NCBI GenBank assembly: GCA_965216905.1
Contig: OZ244213.1
Span: forward strand, 2,188,089 to 2,252,088
DNA length: 64,000 bases
From: Acidimicrobiia bacterium
GTDB taxonomy: Bacteria; Actinomycetota; Acidimicrobiia; Spongiisociales; ZC4RG35
Direction of reading: 5' to 3'
The position numbers were made by a program, and so were the translations under genes. Position 1 is the first letter of the stretch. Every line of letters begins with the position of its first letter. The notes under the pieces were generated by a model. That model was not told where the DNA came from and ran no database searches. It worked only from the letters and a program-made list of their open reading frames with translations. Shown in pieces: positions 36,186 to 45,676 of the stretch.

Positions 36186-37427
36186 ATGATCCTGTTGGCA
36201 TTACCGGCGGCGGCCGGCCACGACGACGACCCGAGCACCGAGAACCTGCACCCGATGGGCCACATCGAGGAACCTGCGAGCCTGTTCTATCCCGGTTCGA
36301 ACGAGTTCGGGGCGAACATCCACACCGACATCGCATTCTGGGGCAAGTACGCCTTTCAGGGAAGCTGGCTCGGATTCAACATTCGCGACATCCGGGCGCC
36401 CGGCAATCCTCGGCAGGTGTCGTTCACACCGTGTGGAGGCAATCAGGGGGACGTTCTCGTCTGGGAGGACGTGCTGGTGCGGTCGTGGAACTCTCCGGCC
36501 GGCGCCGGTGCGTCCTGTGATGGACAACCCGTTCCCCAAGGTTTCGAGGGCCTGCACGTCTTCGACATCAGCGATTATGACGATCCGCAGCTGATCGCAG
36601 CCGTCGAGCTCGACTGTGGCTCCCACACGGCGACCGCGGTTCCGGACCCCGACAATGACCGGTTGCTGGTCTACAACTCCGGATCGAGTCACCTATGCAT
36701 GGGCATCGATGTGGTCGAGGTGCCGCTCGGGGAGCCTGCGGCGGCCAGTCAGATCAACTTCGTCGACCTCGATCGGGACTGCCACGACATCGGTGTCATC
36801 CTGGGCGATGCGATGAAGGCGGCCTGCGCCGGAGACGATGGCTATGCCCTCGTCGACCTCTCGGCGTCGCTCGAGGACCCCACGTGGGTCTACTCACGCT
36901 CCGTCGAGGGCGTTGGCATCGGCCACTCGGCAACGTTCTCCTGGGACGGTGAGATCGTCATCTTCGGCCACGAGCCGGGCGGTGGCGTTCAGGCCCAATG
37001 CCAAGACTCCTCACCCGACGTGAACAAGACGATGTTCTTCTTCGATGCCGCTACCGGCGATGAGTTGGGGGGCTGGGTTCTTCCCCGTCCCCAGGCGGCA
37101 ACCGAGAACTGCACGATCCACAACTACGCCGCCGTGCCCTTGCGGAGCGATGAGTACGTCGTCGTGCACGGCAGTTATCAGTCCGGAGTGTCGGTGGTCG
37201 ACTTCAACGATCCGTCGCATCCGGTGGAGCTGGCCTACAGCGACCCGGCTCCCATCGACCCTCCCGACCTCGGTGGCTCGTGGTCGGCGTACTGGTACAA
37301 CGGCTTCATCTACGAGACCAACATCACCGAAGGGCTCAACATCTTCCGCTTCAGCGGGAATCAGACGGCCGGCGCGATGCGCCTCCCTTACCTGAATCCG
37401 CAGACGCAGATGTTCACCATCGGCTGA
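36186..37427 (+). CDS. secreted beta-propeller protein (LVIVD-repeat-like)
   Basis: Repeated hydrophobic-strand + Asp motifs (LLVYNSGSS, YALVDLS, VSVVDFNDPSHP). Weak signal peptide if ATG 36186 is used. Confidence 0.65.
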   Translation: MILLALPAAAGHDDDPSTENLHPMGHIEEPASLFYPGSNEFGANIHTDIAFWGKYAFQGSWLGFNIRDIRAPGNPRQVSFTPCGGNQGDVLVWEDVLVRSWNSPAGAGASCDGQPVPQGFEGLHVFDISDYDDPQLIAAVELDCGSHTATAVPDPDNDRLLVYNSGSSHLCMGIDVVEVPLGEPAAASQINFVDLDRDCHDIGVILGDAMKAACAGDDGYALVDLSASLEDPTWVYSRSVEGVGIGHSATFSWDGEIVIFGHEPGGGVQAQCQDSSPDVNKTMFFFDAATGDELGGWVLPRPQAATENCTIHNYAAVPLRSDEYVVVHGSYQSGVSVVDFNDPSHPVELAYSDPAPIDPPDLGGSWSAYWYNGFIYETNITEGLNIFRFSGNQTAGAMRLPYLNPQTQMFTIG

Positions 37428-37447
37428 CATCCCACCAAACCGACCAG

Positions 37448-37476
37448 ACCGGCCTCCCCATTCTCGGGAGGCCGGT
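37448..37476. terminator. bidirectional intrinsic terminator hairpin between convergent LVIVD-protein gene and menB
   Basis: ACCGGCCTCCC-cattctc-GGGAGGCCGGT is a perfect 11-bp GC stem with a 7-nt loop. Confidence 0.6.
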
Positions 37477-37481
37477 CCGCG

Positions 37482-38381
37482 TCAGTACCACCAGGGGAAG
37501 CTCGAGAAGTCCGGGGGGCGCTTCTCGAGGAATGCGTCCCGACCCTCTTGTGCCTCGTCCGTCATGTACCCCAGGCGGGTGGCTTCGCCGGCGAACACCT
37601 GTTGGCCGACCAGCCCGTCGTCGACGAGGTTGAAGGCGAACTTCAGCATGCGTTGCCCCATGGGCGACTTGGCCGTGATCTCGGCCGCCCACTCCAGCGC
37701 GGTGGCCTCGAGGTCATCGTGGGGAACCGAGGCGTTGGCCATTCCCATCTCAACCGCCTGGTCGCCCGAGTAGTCGCGGCCGAGGAAGAAGATCTCACGG
37801 GCTCGCTTCTGTCCGACCATCCGAGCGAGATACGCCGAGCCGTATCCGGCGTCGAAGCTGGCCACGTCGGCATCGGTCTGTTTGAAGATGGCATGGTCGG
37901 CGCAGGCGATGGTCAGGTCGCAGACCACGTGCAGCGAGTGTCCGCCTCCGACGGCCCACCCCGGGACGACTGCCAGCACCACTTTGGGCATGAAGCGGAT
38001 CAGTCGTTGGACCTCGAGGATGTGCAGCCGTCCGAGCCGAGCAGGGTCGATGCCTTCGGACGAGTGGCCTTCGGCGTACCGATATCCGTCCTTCCCTCGA
38101 ATTCGCTGGTCTCCTCCCGAGCAAAACGCCCAGCCGCCGTCCTTCGGTGAGGGTCCGTTGCCGGTGAGGATCACTGCGCCCACGTCGGACGTCTGTCGAG
38201 CGTGATCGAGCGCCAGGAACAGCTCGTCGACGGTGTGGGGACGGAAGGCGTTGCGGACTTCGGGGCGATCGAATGCGATCCGCACGCAGGCCACGTCCGA
38301 CGCGCGATGATACGTGATGTCGGTGAACTCGAAATCCGGAACCGGGGTCCAGGCGGTGTCGTCGAAGTGCTCGCTGACCAT
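37482..38381 (-). CDS. menB: 1,4-dihydroxy-2-naphthoyl-CoA synthase
   Basis: Crotonase fold with the MenB-specific FCSGGDQ and VVPGWAVGGGHSLHVVCDL blocks. ATG at 38381. Confidence 0.9.
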   Translation of the reverse strand: MVSEHFDDTAWTPVPDFEFTDITYHRASDVACVRIAFDRPEVRNAFRPHTVDELFLALDHARQTSDVGAVILTGNGPSPKDGGWAFCSGGDQRIRGKDGYRYAEGHSSEGIDPARLGRLHILEVQRLIRFMPKVVLAVVPGWAVGGGHSLHVVCDLTIACADHAIFKQTDADVASFDAGYGSAYLARMVGQKRAREIFFLGRDYSGDQAVEMGMANASVPHDDLEATALEWAAEITAKSPMGQRMLKFAFNLVDDGLVGQQVFAGEATRLGYMTDEAQEGRDAFLEKRPPDFSSFPWWY

Positions 38382-38435
38382 GAGCGGGACGCTAACGGGT
38401 ACGGATCCGACCGGTTGTCCGCGTACCCTGATTCG

Positions 38436-39794
38436 ATGCTCGACTGGCTTGCCTCCGCCGCCCGGGATCGGCCGGATCATCCGTTCCTGATCGGGCGCAA
38501 TGAGACCGTTTCGTTCGGTGATTTCGAGGTTCGTGTGCGGTTGGCGACGGGAGCGCTGTCGTCGGCTGCCCTGGACGGTCAGGTGGTTGGGCTGTGGGCG
38601 TCGAACACCGTCCCGACGGTCGTTCACCTGTTCGCATTGTGGCGGGTCGGGGCCACGGTTCTCCTGCTCGACCCCCGTCGCCGGTCCGAAGAGACGGCCA
38701 ACCAGATCGCCGCCGCCGGAGCTGGAGCGATCCTCGGAGCGCCCGACGACGGAGCCCGCCACCCGGGCGTCCTCCGCTTGTCGGTCTCCGCCGATGGGCC
38801 TCCCGCCGCCGGTCGGCTGCGTACGGAGGACGAAACCGCGTGGGTCGTCTTCACCTCCGGGTCGACCGGCCGCCCTCGGGGCGTCGAGTTGACCTTCGGG
38901 AACCTGGAGGCTTCCGCCCGGGCGTCGGCGGCCGCAATCGACCACCGACCGACCGATCGGTGGCTGTGTTCGCTGCCGATCTCCCACGTCGGGGGAGCGT
39001 CGATCCTCGTGCGGTCGGCGCGAGCTGCCACGACCGTCATCCTCGAGCCTCGGTTCGATGCAACTTCGGTCGCCGGCCTGCTGGTCGCCGGTTCCGCCAC
39101 GGTGGCGTCACTGGTATCGGCGACCTTGCTGGCCGTTCTGGAGCGGTTGGACCGGCAATGCCGAGGGGTGCGGGCGGTGCTCGTCGGGGGCGGTCCGGTC
39201 CCGTTCGATCTGGTCAGGCGGGCCTGGGACCGGGGCCTTCCCGCGCTCGTCACGTACGGGATGACCGAGACGGCATCGCAGGTGGCCACGGCTCCGCTGG
39301 GCAGCGGTCCGATTCGGGGGCTGGAACCGGTGCCCGGAGCGGAGCTGGCGATCGATGACGACGGAGTCGTGCTGGTCCGCGGCGCCATGGTGTCGCCCCG
39401 GTATCTCGGAGGTCCCGACCGCCCGGCCGATGCGTGGCATCGAACGGGCGACCTCGGCACGGTCGACGCCCTCGGACGTCTCGAGATCCACGGGCGAGCG
39501 GATGACGTCATCGTCACCGGCGGGGAGAACGTTCATCCCGCCGAGATCGAGGCGTTGCTCGCCGCTCATCCAGCGGTCGACGAGGTCGTCGCCTTGGGAG
39601 TGGCCGATCCGCGGTGGGGGTCGGTGGTCGCCGCCTTCTACACCGGTCGAGCCGCGCCGGGAGAGCTCGAGCGGCATGCCCGCTACCACCTCGCCGGCTC
39701 CAAGGTTCCTCGGCGGTGGTTTCACGTCGAGTCGATGCCCCGCTTGTCCAACGGCAAGGTCGACCGCCAGGCACTCCTCCTGGCCCACACCTGA
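38436..39794 (+). CDS. menE: o-succinylbenzoate-CoA ligase (AMP-binding family)
   Basis: AMP-binding motifs VVFTSGSTGRPRGVEL, YGMTE and TGDLG...NGK. Divergent from menB. Confidence 0.8.
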   Translation: MLDWLASAARDRPDHPFLIGRNETVSFGDFEVRVRLATGALSSAALDGQVVGLWASNTVPTVVHLFALWRVGATVLLLDPRRRSEETANQIAAAGAGAILGAPDDGARHPGVLRLSVSADGPPAAGRLRTEDETAWVVFTSGSTGRPRGVELTFGNLEASARASAAAIDHRPTDRWLCSLPISHVGGASILVRSARAATTVILEPRFDATSVAGLLVAGSATVASLVSATLLAVLERLDRQCRGVRAVLVGGGPVPFDLVRRAWDRGLPALVTYGMTETASQVATAPLGSGPIRGLEPVPGAELAIDDDGVVLVRGAMVSPRYLGGPDRPADAWHRTGDLGTVDALGRLEIHGRADDVIVTGGENVHPAEIEALLAAHPAVDEVVALGVADPRWGSVVAAFYTGRAAPGELERHARYHLAGSKVPRRWFHVESMPRLSNGKVDRQALLLAHT

Positions 39795-39853
39795 CGGACC
39801 GAGCGGTCGAAAATTTCCCTGCCTCGGCGAGGATCACCCACGACAATCTTCCC

Positions 39854-40624
39854 ATGGCACACACCGAGCACGTGGTCGAGGCACGCGGCCTGTCCAAACG
39901 GTTCCGTGAGGCGCAAGCCGTGGACGGAATCGACTTGACGGTGGCTGCCGGAGAGCGAGTCGGTCTGCTTGGGCCGAATGGTGCCGGCAAGACGACCACG
40001 CTGCTCATGCTGTTGGGGGTCGTCACTCCCACCGACGGCACGATCGACGTGGTCGGTCGACAGCTTCCCCGCGGCCGCTCGGCTGCGATGGAACACGTCG
40101 GGTTCGTTGCCGGCTATCTCCCGCTCCCCGAGAACCTGACCGTCCGCGAGAGCCTCGAACTCTTCGCCGGATTCGCCGGGCTGACCCGTCCCGATTCGCT
40201 GATCGACGATGCGGTCGAGATGTTCGGGCTGGGTGATCTGCTGGAGCGGCGAAACCAGCAACTCTCGAGCGGGCAGCGGACACTCGTGTCCATCACCAAG
40301 GCCGTGCTGCACCGACCGCGACTCCTCGTACTCGATGAGCCGACCGCCAGCCTCGATCCTGACATCGCCGTTCGAGTCCGGGAGGCGTTGCTCACCGTTC
40401 ACCGCCGTTTTGGCGCCGCCCTCTTGGTCACCAGCCACAACATGAAGGAAGTGGAGGTGTTGTGCGAGCGGGTCGTGCTGATGTCCGAGGGACGGGTGGT
40501 GGCCGACGGAAGCCCCAAAGCCATTGCCTCGCAGTTCGAAGTCGATGACCTGGAGGGTGCGTTCCTGGCGGTCGCATCGCGGCTACGGGGTGCCTTCCCG
40601 ACCAGAGGGGAGGTGCGGCCATGA
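39854..40624 (+). CDS. ABC transporter ATP-binding protein
   Basis: Walker A GPNGAGKTT, signature LSSGQR and Walker B LLVLDEPT. Confidence 0.85.
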   Translation: MAHTEHVVEARGLSKRFREAQAVDGIDLTVAAGERVGLLGPNGAGKTTTLLMLLGVVTPTDGTIDVVGRQLPRGRSAAMEHVGFVAGYLPLPENLTVRESLELFAGFAGLTRPDSLIDDAVEMFGLGDLLERRNQQLSSGQRTLVSITKAVLHRPRLLVLDEPTASLDPDIAVRVREALLTVHRRFGAALLVTSHNMKEVEVLCERVVLMSEGRVVADGSPKAIASQFEVDDLEGAFLAVASRLRGAFPTRGEVRP

Positions 40625-41409
40625 AGCTCGTGCGGATCCGGTCGGTCGTGCGCCGGCATTGGCTGTTGCTCTGGCGGCAACCGAACAAGTGGTTCGAGAT
40701 TGCCTTCTGGCCGCTGATGGACGTCGTGTTGTGGGGGTCACTGGGCGTGTTCGTCGCCCAAGAGAACGGCGTGAGCCGGGCCGGCACCCCCTACCTGCTG
40801 GCCGGGATCATCCTGTTCTGGACACTCACCCAAGTGCAGATGACGGGCGCAACGGCCTTCATGGAGGAGACGTGGACCCGGAACCTGCTCAATGTGCTGA
40901 CGACCCCGGTGACGGCGGCCGAGTATGTGGCAGGCGTCGCTTTCTACGGGCTGGTCAAGCTGGCACTCGCGCTGGGAACGTTGACGGTCGCCACGATCGG
41001 GCTGTACGGCTTCGACATGACCGCACTGGGATGGTCGTTGATCCCGATCGCCGCCTTGCTCGTCCTGAACGGGTGGGCGGTGGCGTTCGGCGTCGTGGGC
41101 CTCATTCTCCGTTGGGGTCAGAGCGCAGAGATCCTCACGTGGGGCTTGAACTACGTGGTGCTGGCGTTCTCGGGCGTGTTCTTCCCCGTGGAGGCACTGC
41201 CCCCGTTTCTCCAGCCGCTGGCAGGCGCGCTCCCCACCACCTACGCGTTCGCCGCGGCCAGAGATGTTCTTGACGGGGGAGGTGTCCCCGTCGATCGGCT
41301 CCTGTTGTCGGCCGTTGGGACCGTGGTGACTTTGGCGGCGTCGGTGGTGTTCTGCGGGGCGATGCTCCGGACCTTCCGCGAGCGCGGGTTCGTCACCCGC
41401 TACTCGTGA
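40621..41409 (+). CDS. ABC-2 type transporter permease
   Basis: ATGA overlap with the ATPase. Six predicted TM helices. Confidence 0.75.
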   Translation: MKLVRIRSVVRRHWLLLWRQPNKWFEIAFWPLMDVVLWGSLGVFVAQENGVSRAGTPYLLAGIILFWTLTQVQMTGATAFMEETWTRNLLNVLTTPVTAAEYVAGVAFYGLVKLALALGTLTVATIGLYGFDMTALGWSLIPIAALLVLNGWAVAFGVVGLILRWGQSAEILTWGLNYVVLAFSGVFFPVEALPPFLQPLAGALPTTYAFAAARDVLDGGGVPVDRLLLSAVGTVVTLAASVVFCGAMLRTFRERGFVTRYS

Positions 41410-41448
41410 GGTGTGCCGGCCGCGCCCCGGCCGGAACACCTCGGGATG

Positions 41449-42210
41449 TCAGCCCCCGTACGGCGACGGAGGGCGCTCACGATCGAGCGAGGCGGGTGAG
41501 AGAGTGCCGGGTTCGGGAGTGGTGAGCGCCCACGTCCCGACCGAGAAGTAGGTGGCGTCGAGAACACTCGTGGAGAGAACCGAGAGACCGGCACCGGCCG
41601 GGTCGGCCATCCCGGTCGAGCAGTCGTAGAACGGGACCGTCTCGGCCACACAGTGACCCGTGACGTTCTCGCTGTCGGATTCATAGACGCACAGGTGTCC
41701 GGCCATCGCCTGCGGGTCTGCGGGAGTCCCAGGGCACTCGGCGATGGGGTCGGCTCCGCGGGCGATGAAGTGCGCCGTGGGCTTGCCGTCGAGCGTGAGC
41801 CCGTACGAGATGGCCGTCGACTCGCGCAGATCGGGGCCATCGACGTCGAGCACGTAGGTGCCTCGCACGGTCACGCCGGCCGGAGGCGAGTCGCCGGACA
41901 GGAGCGCGGCGGCATCGAGTCCCTCGACCCCGGCGGCGTCGACCACCCGATTCTCGGCGAGCCGCCGCATGAAGGCGGCCATCTGCTCACGGGTCACGCC
42001 GTCGGCCGGGCAGAACTCGGTGTTGTCGGGTGGGTTGCAGCCGAGGGTGACGGCGGCGTCCTTCAGCCAGGCGATGTCATCGTGGAACACGTTGTCGTCG
42101 GGCACGTCGGTGAAGCTGTGGACCGCCCACACCGTGGCGGGGACCAACAGCAGCACGCCGAGCACCGCCGACACGAGGATGGAAATGGAGCGTGAACCGC
42201 GACTCCGCAT
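41449..42210 (-). CDS. secreted protein with one S-layer-homology (SLH) domain
   Basis: Signal peptide MRSRGSRSISILVSAVLGVLLLVPATVWA. SLH motif FTDVPDDNVFHDDIAWLKDAAVTLGCNPPDNTEFCPADGVTREQMAAFMRRL. Confidence 0.7.
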   Translation of the reverse strand: MRSRGSRSISILVSAVLGVLLLVPATVWAVHSFTDVPDDNVFHDDIAWLKDAAVTLGCNPPDNTEFCPADGVTREQMAAFMRRLAENRVVDAAGVEGLDAAALLSGDSPPAGVTVRGTYVLDVDGPDLRESTAISYGLTLDGKPTAHFIARGADPIAECPGTPADPQAMAGHLCVYESDSENVTGHCVAETVPFYDCSTGMADPAGAGLSVLSTSVLDATYFSVGTWALTTPEPGTLSPASLDRERPPSPYGG

Positions 42211-42329
42211 GAGATCTCCCTTCTCGGGGTTCCGCCCTCCGGACGGTAACGGCCCCCGCGGCGCTGTGCCGCGGGGGCCGGGTTGCCGGTGTCTTGGTGG
42301 GCCGGTAGCTCTCGCGGCCTGCCGATCGG

Positions 42330-43043
42330 CTAGCCGTCGAGGCCGGCGCTGGGGTCGGCGGATCCGCTGCCGGCGATTCCGGTCGGGTTGTCCCAGATGG
42401 TGACGGTGAACGAAGCGTCCGCGGCCGACCCGTCGGATGTCTTCTTGCACAACACCTCGAACCTGGGAATCGCGTCCGAGCCGTTGAAGGCCCAGTTGCA
42501 GTGAACACCCAAGATGTTGACCGAGGTCACGTTGATGAACGGGAAGCCCACATTCTCGGTGAGATGGACGATGTACTCCCCGGTCACACTCTGGGTCACC
42601 GAGTCCACGATGCCGGTGGAGTCCTCGATGGCGACTGTGGAGCCGTTCACGTAGGCGGCGCCGCGCAGTTCGGCATCACCGCGAGTGGTCACGAAGTCCT
42701 CCGAGTCCAAACCGTCGAGGTTGTCGGCGTTGGCGGCTTCCAGAGCCTCGGCTGCGATCAGCGCGGTTTCTGCATCGACCACCTGGTTCTCGGCCAGACG
42801 GCGCATGAAGGCGGCCATCTGCTCGCGTGTGACGGCATCGGTCGGGCAGAATCGGTCGTTGGTGGGCGGATTGCAGCCGAGCGTGACGCCATTGTCGGCC
42901 AGCCACTTGATGTCGTTGTGGAAGACGTTGGTGTCCGGCACGTCCGTGAATCGGTCGATGGCCCAGACGGTGGCGGGAGCCACCAGCAGGGCGGTGGCGG
43001 CTGCCACGGCGATGAGCGTCTTGAATCGCACGGTTGTGCGCAT
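42330..43043 (-). CDS. secreted protein with one SLH domain (paralog of previous)
   Basis: Signal peptide plus FTDVPDTNVFHNDIKWLADNGVTLGCNPPTNDRFCPTDAVTREQMAAFMRRL. Near-identical N-terminal 90 aa to the neighbour. Confidence 0.7.
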   Translation of the reverse strand: MRTTVRFKTLIAVAAATALLVAPATVWAIDRFTDVPDTNVFHNDIKWLADNGVTLGCNPPTNDRFCPTDAVTREQMAAFMRRLAENQVVDAETALIAAEALEAANADNLDGLDSEDFVTTRGDAELRGAAYVNGSTVAIEDSTGIVDSVTQSVTGEYIVHLTENVGFPFINVTSVNILGVHCNWAFNGSDAIPRFEVLCKKTSDGSAADASFTVTIWDNPTGIAGSGSADPSAGLDG

Positions 43044-43217
43044 GCCTCTCTCCTTGGTCGGTGTCGACTCGCCTCCTGGCGAGTTCCCAACCCGAGTGCA
43101 TCCGCCCCTCCGTGATACGTCGAAGACATACCGGCCAGCGCCCCCAGGCCATGGGGCGAGCCTACGCGCTCTTCCACGGAGATGTCGACAGTCCGTCGGA
43201 GAAACGTTCGTGGCAGC

Positions 43218-45242
43218 TCAGGAGGCGCGGTGCAGGAAGGCAGCCATCTCGCCTCGGGTGGCGGAGCCCGTCGGGCAGAAGCGGTCGTTGGCCGGCGGGT
43301 TACAGCCCCGGGTGATCCCGGCCGCGGCCAGTGCTTCGATGTCGGTCTCGAACAGGGATCGATCGTCGTCTCGGAAGCGGTCGGCGTCTGAGCCGGGCAG
43401 CTGGAACGCCCGAACGAACACCGCGGCCAGCTCACCTCGGTCGATGAGTCGTTCGGGGCAGACACGATCGTTGGTGGGTGGGTTGCAGCCGCGGAACACT
43501 CCGATCTCCGCCAGCGTTTCGAGGTCGGCCTCGAAGATCGACCCGTCGTCGTCGACGAAACGCGACTGCGTCTCGCCGATCGGGACGCCGAGCATCCGCC
43601 GGATGAGGGCGGCGGTCTCGCCCCGAGTGATCGGGTCGGTGGTGCAGTACGACGTCTCGGTGCAGCCGTCGGTCCGACCGGTGGCACTCAGCCAGACGAC
43701 GTCTTCGAAGAAGACCGACGTGGCGATGTCGTCGAAGCGCTCGCCCACATATGCGGTGGCGGTGGCCGTGTCGACCAGGCCGGTGGGACCGGTGATGGTG
43801 ACCGTCGCTTCCACGACTTGAACACTCGGCACCATCTCGGTCACCGTCACCCCCGATCGAACGCCTCGAGAGGTATCCCACATCGCCTCGACCACCCTTC
43901 CCGACGAGCCGGACGCGTCGAAGATGATCGTCGCCGGTGCCGTCGAGAAGGCCGGTGTGACGGTGGCCCTGGCCGTGACCGCTTCGGCAGCCCGCATCGA
44001 CCGGCCCGCATCGAGGCGCGCTCCGGTGCCGGTGGTCCCGGCCAGTTGCGGCTTGGGGGCGGCGTTCTCCAGGATCATCTGGCGGACGTCGGGAGCAGCG
44101 AGATCGGGTCGGATCGCCCGGACCATGGCGGCGACCGCGGCCGTCAGCGGAGCGGCATAGGACGTGCCCGAATCGAGTGCCCACCCACCGCCGGGTACCG
44201 GCATGATGACGTCCTCGCCGGGCGCGGCCAGGTCGACATCGGTGGCGCCGTAGTTCGAGAAACCGGCCAGCGAGTCGGTGTTCGTGGAGGCAGCCACCGC
44301 CAGCACGTTCGCGTTCGGGAACGAAGCGGGGTAGAAGGGCGAGGTGGCCAGGTCGACGCCCCCGTTGCCGGCCGCCGCCACCACCAACACGTCTGCGTTC
44401 TCGGCTCGTTTCACCGCCTCCTCCAGTGGCAGGATCCCGACACTGCCTCCCCCGAGCGACAGATTGACGACGTCGGCGCCGTTGAGAATCGCATAGTCGA
44501 TGGCCGCCGCGACCCGAGAGACGGCACACCCGGGAGCGCAGGCCCGCAGGATCATGAGCCTGGATCCGGCCGCCAGCCCGGCGATACCCACTCCGTCGTC
44601 CCGACCCGATCCCAGGATCCCCGCCACCTTGGTTCCGTGCCCGGTGTCGTCTTGGGGCTCTCCGTCACCCTCGACGAAGTCCCAGCCGGAGGCGTCGTCG
44701 ACGAACCCGTTCCCGTCGTCGTCGACGCCGTTCCCGGTGACCTCGTCGACGTTGGTCCACAGTCGACCGGCCATGTCGGGATGTGAGGAGTCGATGCCGG
44801 TGTCGATGACCGCCACCGTGGTCCCGGTGCCGTCGCCGACCGCCCAGGCGCCGTCCGCGTCGACGTCCGCCCCCGGCGTGCCGCCGGTCTGCCCGGTGTT
44901 GCGCAGATACCACTGCTCGTCGAACAAGGGATCGGTTGCCAGGTCGAGCAGGACGTCCGGGACGACCTCGACGCCCAGTTCCGACGACAGCCGGGCCGCC
45001 TCCACCAGCGGATCGACGTCGGGACGGCCCGGGACCACCTGCCAGCCTCGGGGTGCCGTGTCCTGGCCAGGAGTTGTCGGCGGAACCACGCTCGTCAGAC
45101 CGGCCGACGTGCGAGCGAGGAAGCGGCCCGGCTCGACCGCCGGCTGCGGGCCAGGTGGTGCGGCCGTTTCGGCAGCGACTGCAGCCATGGGCGTCGTTCC
45201 CACGAGAACCGATACGACGACGGCGGTGAGGGCGATCCGCAC
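43218..45242 (-). CDS. secreted S8 subtilisin-family protease with three C-terminal SLH repeats
   Basis: Signal peptide. Asp/His/Ser triad (VAVIDTGID, DDTGHGTKVAG, GTSYAAPLTAAVAAM) and an Asp-rich Ca-binding insert. Three SLH repeats, each ending in a GCNPP-NDR-CP-like motif. Confidence 0.85.
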   Translation of the reverse strand: MRIALTAVVVSVLVGTTPMAAVAAETAAPPGPQPAVEPGRFLARTSAGLTSVVPPTTPGQDTAPRGWQVVPGRPDVDPLVEAARLSSELGVEVVPDVLLDLATDPLFDEQWYLRNTGQTGGTPGADVDADGAWAVGDGTGTTVAVIDTGIDSSHPDMAGRLWTNVDEVTGNGVDDDGNGFVDDASGWDFVEGDGEPQDDTGHGTKVAGILGSGRDDGVGIAGLAAGSRLMILRACAPGCAVSRVAAAIDYAILNGADVVNLSLGGGSVGILPLEEAVKRAENADVLVVAAAGNGGVDLATSPFYPASFPNANVLAVAASTNTDSLAGFSNYGATDVDLAAPGEDVIMPVPGGGWALDSGTSYAAPLTAAVAAMVRAIRPDLAAPDVRQMILENAAPKPQLAGTTGTGARLDAGRSMRAAEAVTARATVTPAFSTAPATIIFDASGSSGRVVEAMWDTSRGVRSGVTVTEMVPSVQVVEATVTITGPTGLVDTATATAYVGERFDDIATSVFFEDVVWLSATGRTDGCTETSYCTTDPITRGETAALIRRMLGVPIGETQSRFVDDDGSIFEADLETLAEIGVFRGCNPPTNDRVCPERLIDRGELAAVFVRAFQLPGSDADRFRDDDRSLFETDIEALAAAGITRGCNPPANDRFCPTGSATRGEMAAFLHRAS

Positions 45243-45244
45243 GG

Positions 45245-45667
45245 TCAGTCCGGTTCCGCCGGGCGCCGCCGCATGCGTTTGGTGTCGGACCGTTTTCGCT
45301 TCTCGTCCAGACGCTTGCGTTGCGAGGCGCGAGTTGGCCGGGTGCGCCGTCGGGGAGCGGGGCGACGCATCGCCTCGGTCAGCATGTCGGCGAGCCGGCG
45401 CCGGGCGATTGCCCGGTTCCGAAACTGGCTACGGGACTCGTCGACCGTGACGGTGACCACGCCGTGATGCGATCGGTTGCCCAGGCGTTCCTGCATCTCC
45501 GCGGCGAGGCCGGGTGGGAACACGTCGGTGGAGGAGAGGTCGAATCGAAGCTCGACCCGGGTGTTCGAGCGGTTGGCGTGCTGTCCTCCGGGTCCACCGG
45601 AGGGACCGAACGTCCACTGCAGCTCGGTTTCCGGGACTTCGAATCGCCCGACGTCGACACCGTCCAT
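45245..45667 (-). CDS. arfB: alternative ribosome-rescue factor ArfB (peptidyl-tRNA hydrolase, RF-1 domain)
   Basis: GGQ motif (GPGGQHANRSNTRVELRFD) followed by a long basic C-terminal tail. Confidence 0.8.
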   Translation of the reverse strand: MDGVDVGRFEVPETELQWTFGPSGGPGGQHANRSNTRVELRFDLSSTDVFPPGLAAEMQERLGNRSHHGVVTVTVDESRSQFRNRAIARRRLADMLTEAMRRPAPRRRTRPTRASQRKRLDEKRKRSDTKRMRRRPAEPD

Positions 45668-45676
45668 CGCCGGCCC

